A stretch of 64,000 nucleotides of DNA from NCBI GenBank assembly GCA_002269645.1, contig NIVC01002179.1, positions 1-64,000 on the forward strand. The letters are read 5' to 3'. Position 1 is the stretch's first letter. Each line of letters starts with the position of its first letter. Below are positions 1-12,570 of this stretch, in pieces. The translations under genes and the position numbers were made by a program. This stretch comes from Macrostomum lignano. Taxonomy: Eukaryota. The notes below the pieces were generated by a model. It saw only the letters and a list, made by a program, of their open reading frames with translations, searched no databases and was not told the origin of the DNA.

Positions 1-1499
1 TTAGAAGTTCTATCAGAAGTACGCAGTCCACGAGCAATTCCGAGGAGAATACCATGCTAATATCCGCAGTACAGTGCTCGCTACTCATTCTCTAAATGGC
101 CAAGCATTGAAGCGCTACAGAGCACTATTTTGCCACCGCGGTTGCACTATGACAATGAGACGGCGACGGCAAATCTGGTCAGTATCGCCCGAAGTTTGAA
201 AACAAAAGGCTCTGTTGCTTCGATGATGTCGCCTCAGGTTGTACTTACTGGTCTTACACGTTCACTGACTTTCTAGCCGACACTGGCGCACACATCGGTG
301 CAGTGTGCTCACTCTGTGCGAGCTGCTCGAGCTGGTGTACTCGATCTAATAGAGCGTTTACTCATTAAAGCATGCTCGAGACGCACGTTTTCGAGAGACG
401 AGCCAACAGAACTGAAGTGCAGTTGTCAATCAGATTTAAAAATCAGATTTAAAAGATTTTAAAAAATGACTAAGATTTTTTTTGCTTTTTTTTTCGCAAT
501 GAACATGGTCAATATGAGTTGCAACTTTGTTGAGGTGAAGGCCACATGGACCGAAAGCAATGCAGTTCCCAGTAAATTAGATATGCGGGTAGCACCAATC
601 AGTCGGTATCAGAAATCATTTAAAATAATATGCTAGACATGTTTTTTTGTGCAGTTTGATCCCAGAGTAGATTGGAAGCGGTAAAAAATAAATAGTTCTA
701 CTGACACTGACGTATCACATATCAAGACAAAAGCGTACAAATGTATTATACATGTACTAGTAAGCATGTGTACTTTCTAGGGATTCAATAATTAAAGTAG
801 TACATGTACCATGTACACTGTACATGTACATTCAGCGGTTGCTCGGATCCGCTGCATGCTCGGATTGGATGGGTTGGATTAGCTTAATCCTGCGCATATA
901 GGATTACGGCGCGGTGTGCCACACGTATATCATGTAATCTAGCTCTAGAGATGTACATACATTGCACACGTATCTTTCTTATTCTGGCCCTTGGCTTGTT
1001 TTACCCTTTGTTTTCTTAATATGCAAATAATACTTTGCTTTTTGAAGTACTATATATAAATACGAGTACATGATGCAATTCTATATTGTTCCCCGAACTG
1101 ACAATTGCATCTGAATGTACGATCGAAATGTTTTAAAGTTTCAATGAAAATTCCGAAATGGAATTTTCCTGTCTTGACAAAACTATATACCCCCATTTGT
1201 CACACAATCAACGCCTTTGAGGCCGTCAACCCAAGGCACAGAGAAGTGTACTATAACATGTACATGTACTGCTGTAGATATGTACATGTCAACGCAACAA
1301 TAGTTAGAACTGCTGCACACTAGCTCCTATGTGAGACTGTGTACGTATTTGCACGCTTGTGTTTCTGCTTAGGATAAAGTCGGCGGAATGGGCAGTAGCT
1401 GCCTCTCACCGCGGTTGTTTGATATATCTCACTTGCGCCATTTGTGAACACAGCCCTTGCCTCGAACTAAAAATAAAACTAATACACTGCCTCAATTTC

Positions 1500-4040
1500 C
1501 CCAAGTAAAAAAGATCCGACTTTTTAACGTTCAGAAAACGTTTTCGGCAAAACACTTTTAACGTTCTCGTGCAAACGTTCAAAACACGTTCAGAATGTCC
1601 CAACAAAAAACGTTCTGAAAGCGTTTACTCGAAACGTTTTAATTTAGACGAACTGACAACGATCTGAAACGTTTTCCTTAAAACGGTTTGATTTAAACGA
1701 ACTTTAAACGTTTGTATGCAGCTTTCTTAGACAACTTTGCCGAAAGTTGAGGATTTAATGACACAAAAATTTAAAGAATTAAGTCATCTTGAAATAACAG
1801 CTCCTTACAGAATGTTTGAATGTTTAAAGATAAGCATAGGCTTGTGACTGCACTAAAGGACAAAGAAACTGGTCGCATTATTGAGCTTCAAGTTTATTTT
1901 ATTAAAATTTCATTTGCAAATTTTGTAATGCTTGTGAAGTAAGGCATAAAAACTTTTGAGCTATTGCGCAGCTGCAGATAATAAATTCGGGTTGCTATAA
2001 TGCTTAGAAAAGTATATCACAGTGATAAATAAGCTGTGACAAACATGAAATGCACAAATAAAATGCATATTATTATTAAAAATGGTTTTCATGCACCGAA
2101 TTGGGTCTTCTTTGTGCTTTAACACCACCTTTGGAACACTTTTCTTTCGTTTAACTCTGCAAAGAAAAGCAGAAACCATGAAAGGCAGTTTTTTCTTGCC
2201 AGTCATTGAAACCATGGCCGACAGTGAGAGCAGCCTGTGCAGGATTTGATGGGCTCGATAGACCACTTCTTGAATGCTGTTGCGAGCTGCAACTCCTGGA
2301 AAGAAATGAAAATACTGTGTGATAATAGGGAAAAGCATTCAGTACAATGGCACTTGCAAAAGCTTAGCTTTGAAACTGAATAAAAAGATAATATTGTTGG
2401 TAGGAGGCAGCGCCAGACACTTTTTAAGTTAATATTAGGTCTGATTACAAAAACAATGTTATTAAAGTGCTCTTAGAAGGCTTTAAACAAAATGACAACA
2501 CTGTAAGGGCTAAGAGCTGCCTTTGATTTTTGCATTGGAATTATGAATACGAGTAAAATAGGATTAAAGTGAAAAATATAAACTCAGAAGCACTTACCAG
2601 TTTTCACATCAATAAGCATTGTATAAAGATGTAGAATGAGCTACTGAAGAAGAGGCATATAGCAGGTCAATGGGGAGCTTGGCTGGCAGCAGGCAATTTT
2701 TTGGTAGTAGGCCTATAATTGCCATAATAGTCTGCTTTATCATTTTCTTGTACAATAGCAAATAACCAAAAGCTCCTTTAGGACAATCTTTTTAAAGGCT
2801 GAAATGGAAAGCAATTACCAAAGATATATGAAGAATAAGGGCCTATACATTTTAGCACCATGCAAACAAATAAATAGGCTTAGCCTTAGGCTAAATAAAC
2901 TTAGAAATTGACTAGAAAAGGTCAAACAAGGGCTTATATTAAGTAAATTTGGATTTTATTAAAATTAGTTTACTATAAAGTTAGGCTAAGTTAAGTAATT
3001 TATTGCTTTAAATTTAATAACAAAAACTACACTAGAATAGAATAATTTAATTAGCATAGTCTATAATTACCTATAGACCTAGTAAACCAACAAGTAATAA
3101 TAATAATAAGTGATCTAAAAGACAACATAGTATTTAAAATAAAATATTGCTAAATACAATAAAAGCCAAAAGGTCATCCATATAAGAATAGTAATATTAG
3201 CATATAGCAATGGCAATGCCAATATGGGTAAGTCTGATTTAATTATAAAGTTATTAATTATTAATTAGCCCCTTTGGTTAGGAACAAAATAATGGCAACC
3301 TTGTGTTGGTTTCCTGCTTAGACTGCTACAAAAAAGTAGTCAGACCCAAGGGGCCAAGGCCTAATAACAATGAAAAACAGCAATGCATTTGCACTATGCC
3401 TATGCCCTATGGCTATGCCAATGGGCTATGGCCATGGGTATGTGGAAATATAAAATATTATTAATATTGGTCTATAAAACTTAATTAAGTATACAAGTAG
3501 AGACCTATATAATGCCTCTGTCTATTACGCCTCTTAGTCTGGTCTGATCTAGCGGCTAGCCTAGACTTAACTCTAAAAAAAGCTAAGTTGTAGGCCTATA
3601 CAGCATTACAGGTAATACAGAAACATATAGTTGAAAAATAGCAAATTTGGCATCATTTACGATCCATACCAATACAAAATCAATATTTACAAGCTAGGTG
3701 ACTCTTAAAACTATAGTCAGCCGAAGTTGGCGAGCGAATATGTTTTAAAAACGTGCAGTCAGCCATATTTATTTTTAGGAGCTATAACAAAATTCACACG
3801 AAGGCTTTCAAAAAGAAGAGAGAAAAAGCTTAAAAAAGTAACAAACCTCCACTGAAGAAGTTATTTTAGACTTTAATAGTGATAAAACTATAAAAGAGAG
3901 GCAAGTAAAAAGTATGTGAAAAGTGATGTTAAAAATTTCCCGTTGTATACGTTCAAAAACCGTTAGTTTGACGTCTTTAGAAAAACGTTTTCTTTAAGTC
4001 AAAGCAGAAAACGTTCGTGAAACGTCACGTTTTACTTGGG
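1500..4040. mobile_element. Non-autonomous CMC/EnSpm-type DNA transposon (~2.5 kb)
   Basis: Inverted ends CCCAAGTAAAA (1500-1510) and TTTTACTTGGG (4030-4040). Both are flanked by TC (2-bp TSD). Dense subterminal AACGTT motifs at 1525-1710 and 3945-4030. A degraded minus-strand ORF piece (…SMTGKKKLPF…) lies inside. Confidence 0.7.
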
Positions 4041-4841
4041 TCGTGTCTTGTTAAGATAGTTTATTTAAAGAAAAACTACCATAGGCTTCACATACTTAAG
4101 TCATCCTTGATGAAAACCGTCGGCGTGAAACGGTGGGGGTTCTTCAGCTGTACAGTGGATTAACTGTCCGATGTCCGACTTTTTAACGACATAACAAATT
4201 TAACAAGTAAATCGAACATTTTCATTAGTATCTGTAAATAAACTATACAAACCAGATACGAAGTACTAGAAGGTGATTTTAAACTTAGCTTTAAAGATTG
4301 AAACTTAAAGTATTTTTTTACTACATTTTGAATGAATATATACCTTGGTTATTTAACGAAACACGTGGTGGGCAACCGTACAGTGACCGTATCAACTTTT
4401 TCTCTACTTCGGGTTTCTTGTTTATTCTTCCTATTTCTAGGTCATATTTTCTTTAGCCGCGATTAGTAAGAGGAGATAGAAAATTTTACAAGTTTAGAGC
4501 CTGATCGGGGCTTGGTATAAATCAGGAATTCATTCAACCAACTTTATCAGATCAGTGTATAGCCATAGGTTATAGGTAGGCCCCCCCCCCCCTAGACAAC
4601 CAAGGCTTTTAAATACAATTTACAGAATTTCAGTTTGGTTCGACATAGGCTTAGATAGTCTAGAAATACCAGCACAAAGGTCACAGCCCTCGCTGTCTTT
4701 AAATTCAACTAACACAAACGCTTGTGTGTTGCATAGAGTAGGCTAGTTCATATAGCTTCTAGTATTGCAGGTTTTACTTTAATTTTCTTCATAATCGTAC
4801 ATAGTAGGCCTAGGCCTAGGCCCTAATTTTGAGTTAAAAAT

Positions 4842-7800
4842 ATGGAAAATGTGTGTTCATCCTGCAGCAAGGCTGTGTATTCTATGGAGCTTTTAAAGTG
4901 TATGGATCAGGTAATTATGCAATTACAAATTCCTTAATTTGGTTCTTTGTAGTCTGTTTCAATAGAGTCCATAGTTATAGTCTTGATACAAGGTACTGGC
5001 TCTTGCATTAGGCCTATATAATCTCCTTATTGTCCCTTTATTTGTTAATTTTTGTTAGTTTTTCTTTTTTATACTTATAATACATTATTTAACATAACTT
5101 CATAAATAAGATCAAGGTAGGCCTGGCCACCTAGTTTTATTCTAGATTGAAAAGGCAGTGCTTATTTAGCTGGCACTGGTCAAATAAACCTATCACTATT
5201 TAGCTAGCAGTCTGGCCTATTACTGGTCAAATTAATAAGATTTTTTCTTTATAAATTTATCTTTATAAATCTGGTTGCACCACTAATAGGCACATTTGAT
5301 ACTAAAAAAACAGAATAAAAAAAACAATTTTATTATAATTTGATGCATTTTTAAAAAGTCCTATTCCACTATATAGTTAGCCCTATCAATGTACATTTTT
5401 ACCTCTGTTGTTGGCCAGCTCCATCATTTCACCTTCACTGCCAGTTCCCCTATTTCTAGACAGTTTGAACTGATATGCAATTTGTCTAGACTTTGTAAAA
5501 AGCCACTTACTCAGTTCATGTCTTATTACTCATTTGTCATTAAAATTGACAATTGAAAGAAGTAGCCTAACTCCCCATTTTCAGTAGACACAACTTTTGT
5601 GGACCAAAAAATTAAGTTACCATAAAGGCATGGGCCAGATTATAATATTAAAGACTAGTGGTCGGACAATATTGAATTTTCAAGATTTTCGAGATTCGAG
5701 ATTGGCCTCTTCAAGATATTCGAGATTTGATCGAGATTCGAGACATATAGTGGAACTGGTGGTAGGTCTATTAGACAAGCTCCCGGGATCCCAAGAACCA
5801 TCTCCGAAGGCACAGGATTCAAAATGTTAAATAAAATTTTGCCAACCCAGTAAAACAAAGTATTGCTAACCATCATCAGCAAACAAAAATACAACTCATT
5901 GAAATAACCGGATTACACATTAAATATTTCCATGTGGATACGAGGTACCTAACTGACAAACTAGCGAGACAAAAGAAACCATCAATGTCACATGTTGAGT
6001 GTTGATCTTGGACATCAACTTCAAGTAGCCGATGAATTGCTGAAACATTAATTGTTTAAAGCAGAAATGCATTACATTACAAATAAATTGAAAATAGTAA
6101 ATATATTGTTCAAAACAGCGCGCATTCTCTAATGCAAGCCATGACCATCGGCATCTGTATGCTATATATAAACTATACATTCTTCGTAACATGCAAAATT
6201 TAAACAAAATATTGACATTGACACCATCAGGCTCTATGATATGATGCTGCATGCTTCTCATAGATCGAAATGTTTTTTCAAACATTAATTTTTATCTCAA
6301 ATCTCGACATTTTTTTTCGAGATTGTGAAGTTGAGATCAAGATTTGAGAAAACCCCAAGATCTCAGATCTCAAGATCGAGATCGAGATCTCATCTGACCC
6401 CTAATAAAGACAAAGGAAGCTTGCAGGCCACATAAAAAGTCTTTGAGGGCCAGATCTAGCCTAATAGCCAGAGGTTATAGACCTTTGCTATAGTATAATA
6501 TTTTTGAGATTACTAGAGACTTATTTAAAAAAAGTTAGAGATAATTATTGGAAAACAACTAGCTATGGCTATGACTATTATAGTTAGCAGAATATAGATA
6601 TGCTACAAGAAAAAATAGTTAAATGGCTAGGGTCTATGGAATTTATATATATATTTATATATATATATATATTTATATTTATATTTATATTTTTTTATAT
6701 TTACAAGGTTTGTTCCAGAAATAGTGGGAAAAACTAGTATAGAGACTGATTGTGATTTCGAATATGATGCAACTTGTATCATAAGTAGAAAAAATCCAAT
6801 GATTGTTTTGCTTTTTAAATGGGGTAAAAATGCCAATTCATTAAAAAGTTATGCCTATAATTAAAACAAGGGGTAGGGGGTAGAGTTACACCAAGTTGAA
6901 GGGTCTGCAAAGTCAGTCACACAGCATTGCCATTGCCCTTGACTGATGACTTTTCGACAAAGTCACCCCTCAGCCTGTAGCCTACAGCTGTTCTGCTTCT
7001 TCTTCAGATTAGCTCCTGCTTTTTTGAGGGCTTGTGTGCTCTTTTGTTTCTCTTCAACTTCTTTGTTTGCTTCTGTTTTCAAATGGATGGTTCTGACTAA
7101 GCATCAAAAGTTTAGTCTATGACCAGCATAGTAGGCTCAACTTGGTATAACTCTACCCCCTACCCCTTGTTCTAATTATAGGAATAACTTTTAATGAATT
7201 GACATTTTTACCCCAATTACAAAGCAAAACAACCATTGGATTTTTTCTACTTATGACGCAAGTTGCATCAAATTTGAATATCACAGTCAGCTTCTATACT
7301 GGTTTTTATATCTATTATTAGTAAAATGGATTAGTAAAATATCCATTATATTCCATTATTAGTAAAATCCATTAATCTAAAGAATTACATATGTAATTAG
7401 TTAGTTAAGATGTATTGTCATTAGGAGAAACAATTTAATATCTAAAAGTACACAATCAAAACTTTGATATAAATCGGAGATATGAAATTATATATAGTTT
7501 AACTTGTTTTCCTAAATCTTGAAAATCAATATTTCAATTATGACATAAAATTTGTTTACTACTACTTATCATCTGTATTTAACTACTATATGCATTTCAA
7601 AACCTTACTAGAAAAAAGGATTGAATATTGTACTTTTATTATTTTTATTTTGTATGTTTTAGGCATGGCACAGAACCTGCTTCAAATGCCAGACATGTGG
7701 CACCACACTCAACATCAATAATTACAAGGCCTATGACAAAAGGCCATACTGCAAAGTGTATGCATGTTTTATCTATAATTTCGTTTCATTTTTATGTTAA

Positions 7801-10800
7801 CTCTCAATTTCATTCTTATATTAGTGGATTTCTTTTTTATTTTAGGCATTACCCAGAGTCAAAGGCATATACCTTTGTCACTGACAACCAGGAAATTCGG
7901 AGAGTGAAGCAGAATACTGCTGTTATTAGCTCTGTGAGTGGGACCTGGTGTTAATTTTTTATCTATTTTTGAGCATAATACCATGCCGATACTTAAGGAC
8001 TAGCCACAGATACAAAATATTTAGGCTATTTAGGCCACAGGTATTTAGTATCTGTGGGACTAGCTGACTTATCCAAATCCTTAGTTGCTAGGCCATCGCT
8101 ACCCTCTCAGATCCTTAGGCGCTGGAAGCCCCCCCCCTCCAGATCGTCAGTTGCTGGGCCAGCCTCCCAGATCGTCAGTTTTTGGGCCAGCCTCCCAGAT
8201 CGTCAGTTTTTGGGCCAGCCTCCCAGATCGTCAGTTTTTGGACCAGCCTCCCAGATCCTCAGTTACTGGGCCAGCCTCCCAGATCCTCAGTTATTGGGCC
8301 AGCCTCCCAGATCCTCAGTTACTGGGCCAGCCTCCCAGATCCTCAGTTACTGGGCCAGCCTCCCAGATCCTCAGTTGCTGGGCCAGCCTCCCAGATCCTC
8401 AGTTGCTGGGCCAGCCTCCCAGATCCTCAGTTACTGGGACAGCCTCCCAGATCCTCAGTTGCTGGGCCAGCCTCCCAGATCCTCAGTTGCTGGGCCAGCC
8501 AGCCTCCCAGATCCTCAGTTGCTGGGCCAGCCAGCCTCCCAGATCCTCAGTTGCTAGGCCAGCCTCCCAGATCCTCAGTTGCTGGGCCAGCCTCCCAGAT
8601 CCTCAGTTGCTGGGCCAGCCTCCCAGATCCTCAGTTGCTGGGCCAGCCTCCCAGATCCTCAGTTGCTGGGCCAGCCAGCCTCCCAGATCCTCAGTTGCTG
8701 GGCCAGCCAGCCTCCCAGATCCTCAGTTGCTAGGCCAGCCTCCCAGATCCTCAGTTGCTGGGCCAGCCTCCCAGATCCTCAGTTTTTGGGCCAGCCTCCC
8801 AGATCCTCAGTTGCTGGGCCAGCCTCCCAGATCCTCAGTTTTGGGCCAGCCTCCCAGATCCTCAGTTGCTGGGCCAGCCTCCCAGATCCTCAGTTGCTGG
8901 GCCAGCCTCCCAGATCCTCAGTTGCTGGGCCAGCCTCCCAGATCCTCAGTTGCTGGGCCAGCCTCCCAGATCCTCAGTTGCTGGGCCAGCCTCCCAGATC
9001 CTCAGTTGCTGGGCCAGCCTCCCAGATCCTCAGTTACTGGGACAGCCTCCCAGATCCTCAGTTGCTGGGCCAGCCTCATAGATCCTCAGTTACTGGGCCA
9101 GCCTCCCAGATCCTCAGTTACTGGGCCAGCCTCCCAGATCCTCAGTTACTGGACCAGCCTCCTGAAATCCTATATTTAAGACGCTACTTAGAACTTAAGA
9201 GCCTAGTGTGACTTATGGATAGTTCACTTCATTGGGGGTGCTAAAATATTTTAGTTATCAAAAATTGTCTGCTCCTACTCAGACAGTGAGCAGAAATGTT
9301 TGTTATTGAGTCACGCTTAAACTTAACAGTAACCTGGAGACGCTGTCAAGACTCATAAAAAATTAGAAAAAACGTCTTGAAAACCTACTTCAACTATAGA
9401 ATGTCAGTTGCACAACAGAGTGTGGTTCAGTTTAACGCTTGACGTCTTCAAAAAATTGATTAACGCTCTAGTTAGTAACAGACTGCGTAATTAAATATTT
9501 GACCAAAGGTCCGTCAGCCATGTTTCTTTCTTATCAGTTTCTCTTCTCTGGAAAGAGACGCCTTGCTAGAGAGAAAAGAAGCAGAAACGAAAAGACAAAA
9601 TGGCATTTTTTCAGATTTTTTCTCAAAGAAATTTAATTTTAAAAACTCATGGCCGAGTTTGGAGGGGGGCATTACAAACCCGAAATATCACATTCTCGAA
9701 AATCCAAAATGCAGGGAGCTTGTAAGTGTTTTCGAGAATGTGATATTTCGGGCGTGACTTAGGTTGGGGTTACAGTTAAGGTTTAGGTTAGGTTTAATGT
9801 TAGATTGAGGTTTAGGGTCTAAGGGCTATTTTCGTTTTCAATCTATGGCAGTCGAATGTCACTGAGAGTCAAATTACAGCTTAATAATTATCAACAGATT
9901 TTCTTTTGTTGACTCAAATTATTAATTATTTTCATTGTCAGGCATCCTACACGAAGCGAAGGGCATCTGCAATTTCTAATGATATCTCAAACACTGTTGG
10001 TAAGTATACTGATAGATTAAATGTGCACTATATGCTACTCAATAAGTTGTAAGAATAGAATCCCTAACCTTTTAAAGTTAAACAAAAGAATAGCAGGTTA
10101 AAAATTCATATCCGTATCTGTCTACTTTGAGTAGCGGGTACATAGTATAGGCTAACTTTTAGTTACTAGGGGTGTCCAAAAGTTCTGACACTTTGAATTC
10201 CACAGCAAAAAAGCGAAAATAATTGCAAACACAACTTTGAAGTCATTTCAAAATTTAAAGCGGCACATTTATTCTTTCTAAAAAAATTCAATATCATATA
10301 TTTGGTAATTTCATTAAAAAGTTGAGCTTAATAGGAAGAGTGATGGTCTGATGGTTTGTTGTTAGAGTGAAAAATGTGCCGCTTTTAATTAACACCAAAG
10401 CTGTGTTCGAGACACGGTTTTTTAAAGCATTGCCTATCATTTCCTCTGCCATTATCCCAGTGGTAAACCGACGTTTTTCTGAGATCCCAGCCTCGCAGTC
10501 CGCTGACGCGCGGAGGTCTCGCCAAGAACTGCAGCACCAGTCATCTTATCAGCCAGGCTCAATAAACGATTTCGATCCTGAGGAGCACAATACTTTGTCC
10601 AGGGGACTGGATCCGAATGCTGGCCGTCGTGGTTCTACTGTTTTTATTAGCCCCGGTAAGGTTGATCTTTATTCATTAGTATAATTGTTTTTTGCTTTAG
10701 CAGTATCCTGAAAAACTGTCATTTACTATTTCGCAGCATCTTCGTCGAGACCTGCATCGGAAATTGACTCTGTTGTGGAAGTTTCGCCGAGCGAGCCTGA

Positions 10801-11813
10801 AGCGAATAATGTAAAGGCTGAAGAGGTACCGCTGCCTCAGCCAGCGGTGCCTGAACCGAAACCTGACGAGGTACTTGAAGCTAAGCCTGAAGAGGTACCT
10901 GAAACGAAGTCTGACGAGGTACCTGAAGCTAAGCCTGACGAGGTACCTGAAACGAAGTCTGACGAGGTACCTGAAGCTAAGCCTGAAGAGGTACCTGAAA
11001 CGAAGTCTGACGAGGTACCTGAAGCTAAGTCTGAAGAGGTACCTGAAACGAAGTCTGACGAGGTACTTGAAGCTAAGCCTGAAGAGGTACCTGAAACGAA
11101 GTCTAAAGAGGTACCTGAAGCTAAGTCTGAAGAGGTACCTGAAACGAAGTCTAAAAAGGTACCTGAAGCTAAGTCTGAAGAGGTACCTGAAACGAAGTCT
11201 AAAGAGGTACCTGAAGCGAAGTCTGACGAGGTACCTAAAGCTAAGTCTGAAGAGGTACCTGAAACGAAGTCTGAAGAGGTACCTGAAGCGAAGTCTGAAG
11301 TGGTACCTGAAGCGAAGTCTGAAGTGGTATCTGAAGCGAAGTCTGAAGTGATACCTGAAGCGAATTCTGAAGAGGTACCTCAAGCGAAGCTTGAAGAGGT
11401 ACTTGAAGCGAAGCTTGAAGAGATACCTGAAGCTAAGCCTGAAAAGGTACCGCCGTCTCAGCCAGCGGTGTCTGAAGCTAACCGTTCAACCATGCCAGCC
11501 GTTGCTGCCAAGCCTTCAGCAAAGAAAACCCGTGGCGTGAGTAATCCAGAGTTTTTCCCCGCTCTCTCCCCAAAGAAATTGCATATCAAACAACATAATT
11601 AAACAAGCAACTACCAAATTTCAGCGCTGCTTCCGTGCTCAATTTGCCTATAAAGCGCAAGATTCCGACGAAGTCTCTTTCGATGTTGGTGACGTCATCA
11701 CTAACGGAGATCCAGTGGATTCGGGCTGGATGTACGGCATAGTAGAACGGACCAAGCAGTACGGTTTGCTGCCTTCAAACTACGTTATTGAGGAAGCTTC
11801 TCAAGCGTTTTGA
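4842..11813 (+). CDS. LASP1: LIM and SH3 domain protein (LASP/Lasp family), 7 coding exons
   Basis: Exons 4842-4910, 7663-7757, 7846-7933, 9942-9999, 10461-10655, 10737-11536, 11625-11813, all GT-AG and phase-compatible. LIM: MENVCSSCSKAVYSMELLKCMDQ|AWHRTCFKCQTCGTTLNINNYKAYDKRPYCKV|HYP. Nebulin-like: VTDNQEIRRVKQNTAVISS|ASY. C-terminal SH3: RCFRAQFAYKAQDSDEVSFDVGDVITNGDPVDSGWMYGIVERTKQYGLLPSNYV. Exon 1 and 2 sizes (69, 95 nt) match vertebrate LASP1 as I recall them. Confidence 0.95.
5656..6403. mobile_element. hAT-like non-autonomous element in LASP intron 1
   Basis: Imperfect inverted ends TAGTGGTCGGAC… / …ATCTGACCCCTA with subterminal CGAGAT repeats at both ends. Flanks TTAAAGAC (5648-5655) and ATAAAGAC (6404-6411) give a 7/8-matching 8-bp TSD. 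Confidence 0.6.
6731..7308. mobile_element. Foldback/MITE-like element with ~170-bp imperfect inverted arms
   Basis: Left arm ~6731-6900 (…AAAAAATCCAATGATTG…GGGGTAGGGGGTAGAGTTACACCAAGTTGA) is the reverse complement, with mismatches, of right arm ~7137-7308 (TCAACTTGGTATAACTCTACCCCCTACCCC…CCATTGGATTTTTT…). Confidence 0.7.
8005..8056. mobile_element. 52-bp P-superfamily micro-MITE
   Basis: Sequence CACAGATACAAAATA…GTATTTAGTATCTGTG with a perfect 8-bp TSD GGACTAGC (7997-8004, 8057-8064). Its right terminus matches 17 nt of the P-element end at 32862. Confidence 0.85.
8093..9160. repeat. 28-bp minisatellite (GGGCCAGCCTCCCAGATCCTCAGTTGCT)n in LASP intron 3
   Basis: Tandem copies are directly visible. 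The ORFs called here are repeat artefacts. Confidence 0.97.
9679..9830. repeat. Perfect 24-bp hairpin followed by a degenerate telomere-like (TTAGG/TTAGGG) tract
   Basis: CCCGAAATATCACATTCTCGAAAA (9679-9702) and TTTTCGAGAATGTGATATTTCGGG (9729-9752), then TTAGGTTGGGGTTACAGTTAAGGTTTAGGTTAGGTTT…AGGGT. Confidence 0.75.
10820..11470 (+). repeat. Exonic 24-nt minisatellite encoding ~25 EEVPE(A/T)KS-type octapeptides
   Basis: Frame-preserving 24-nt units lie inside LASP exon 6. The antisense RYLFRL ORF is its mirror. Confidence 0.9.
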
Positions 11814-12009
11814 CATTTTTCGCATTGATTACTCAAAAGGTTACTTTGATTAAGCTCGTATTTGCAACTTATCCGTGCTATTTTATTTGTTTTATTTATT
11901 TTGTTACAATCAGCAAATTTGTATGGTAATTTTTTGATTCGTAAACTTTGGAAACTTGCTTTGATTGTGCTTCAATGATTAATGGAGAAAGAGACGATAA
12001 ATTGGGTTG

Positions 12010-12570
12010 TCTGTGGGGCAGGAAAGTGGCTATAAAGTGGGGGTGAGGTTGGATTTAGGGGCAGGAAAGTGACCATAAAGTGGGGGGATTGGCTGTGGGG
12101 AGAGGAGAGACGATAAGGGGATGGCTGTGGGGGGGCAGGAAAGTGACCATAAAGTGGGGGGATTGGCTGTGGGGAGAGGAGAGACGATAAGGGGATGGCT
12201 GTGGGGGGGCAGGAAAGTGACCATAAAGTGGGGTGATTGGCTGTGGGGAGAGGAGAGACGTTAAGGGGATGGCTGTGGGGGCAGGAAAGTGACCATAAAG
12301 TGGGGGGATTGGCTGTGGGGAGAGGAGAGACGTTAAGGGGATGGCTGTGGGGGGGCAGGAAAGTGACCATAAAGTGGGGGGATTGGCTGTGGGGAGAGGA
12401 GAGACGATAAGGGGATGGCTGTGGGGGGGCAGGAAAGTGACCATAAAGTGGGGGGATTGGCTGTGGGGGGGGCAGGAAAGTGACCATAAAGTGGGGGGAT
12501 TGGCTGTGGGGGCAGGAAAGTGGCGATAAAGTGGGGGGTTGGTTGCGGAGGGCAGGAAAGTGAAGGTCAA
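12010..12570. repeat. ~74-bp G-rich minisatellite downstream of LASP
   Basis: GGCAGGAAAGTGACCATAAAGTGGGGGGATTGGCTGTGGGG… units. Confidence 0.95.

Noticed and set aside
5-276. Possible exon of an upstream plus-strand gene (open frames 5-200 and 61-276)
   Set aside because: No recognisable protein, several incompatible splice or frameshift models, and truncation by the window edge.
740-1290. Clusters of TACATGTA/CATGTAC motifs
   Set aside because: They are short low-complexity palindromes also scattered elsewhere (e.g. ~58250), with no defined structure.
8054-9211. Long ORFs in the 28-bp array; likewise 17733-19685, 20430-21086, 27708-30177, 43937-44579, 52535-53074 and 56893-57609
   Set aside because: They are translations of stop-free tandem repeats in introns or flanks, open in several frames, with no domain content.
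10697-11383. RYLFRL-repeat and SLKRYLK-repeat ORFs
   Set aside because: These are antisense and alternative-frame shadows of the LASP exon 6 repeat.
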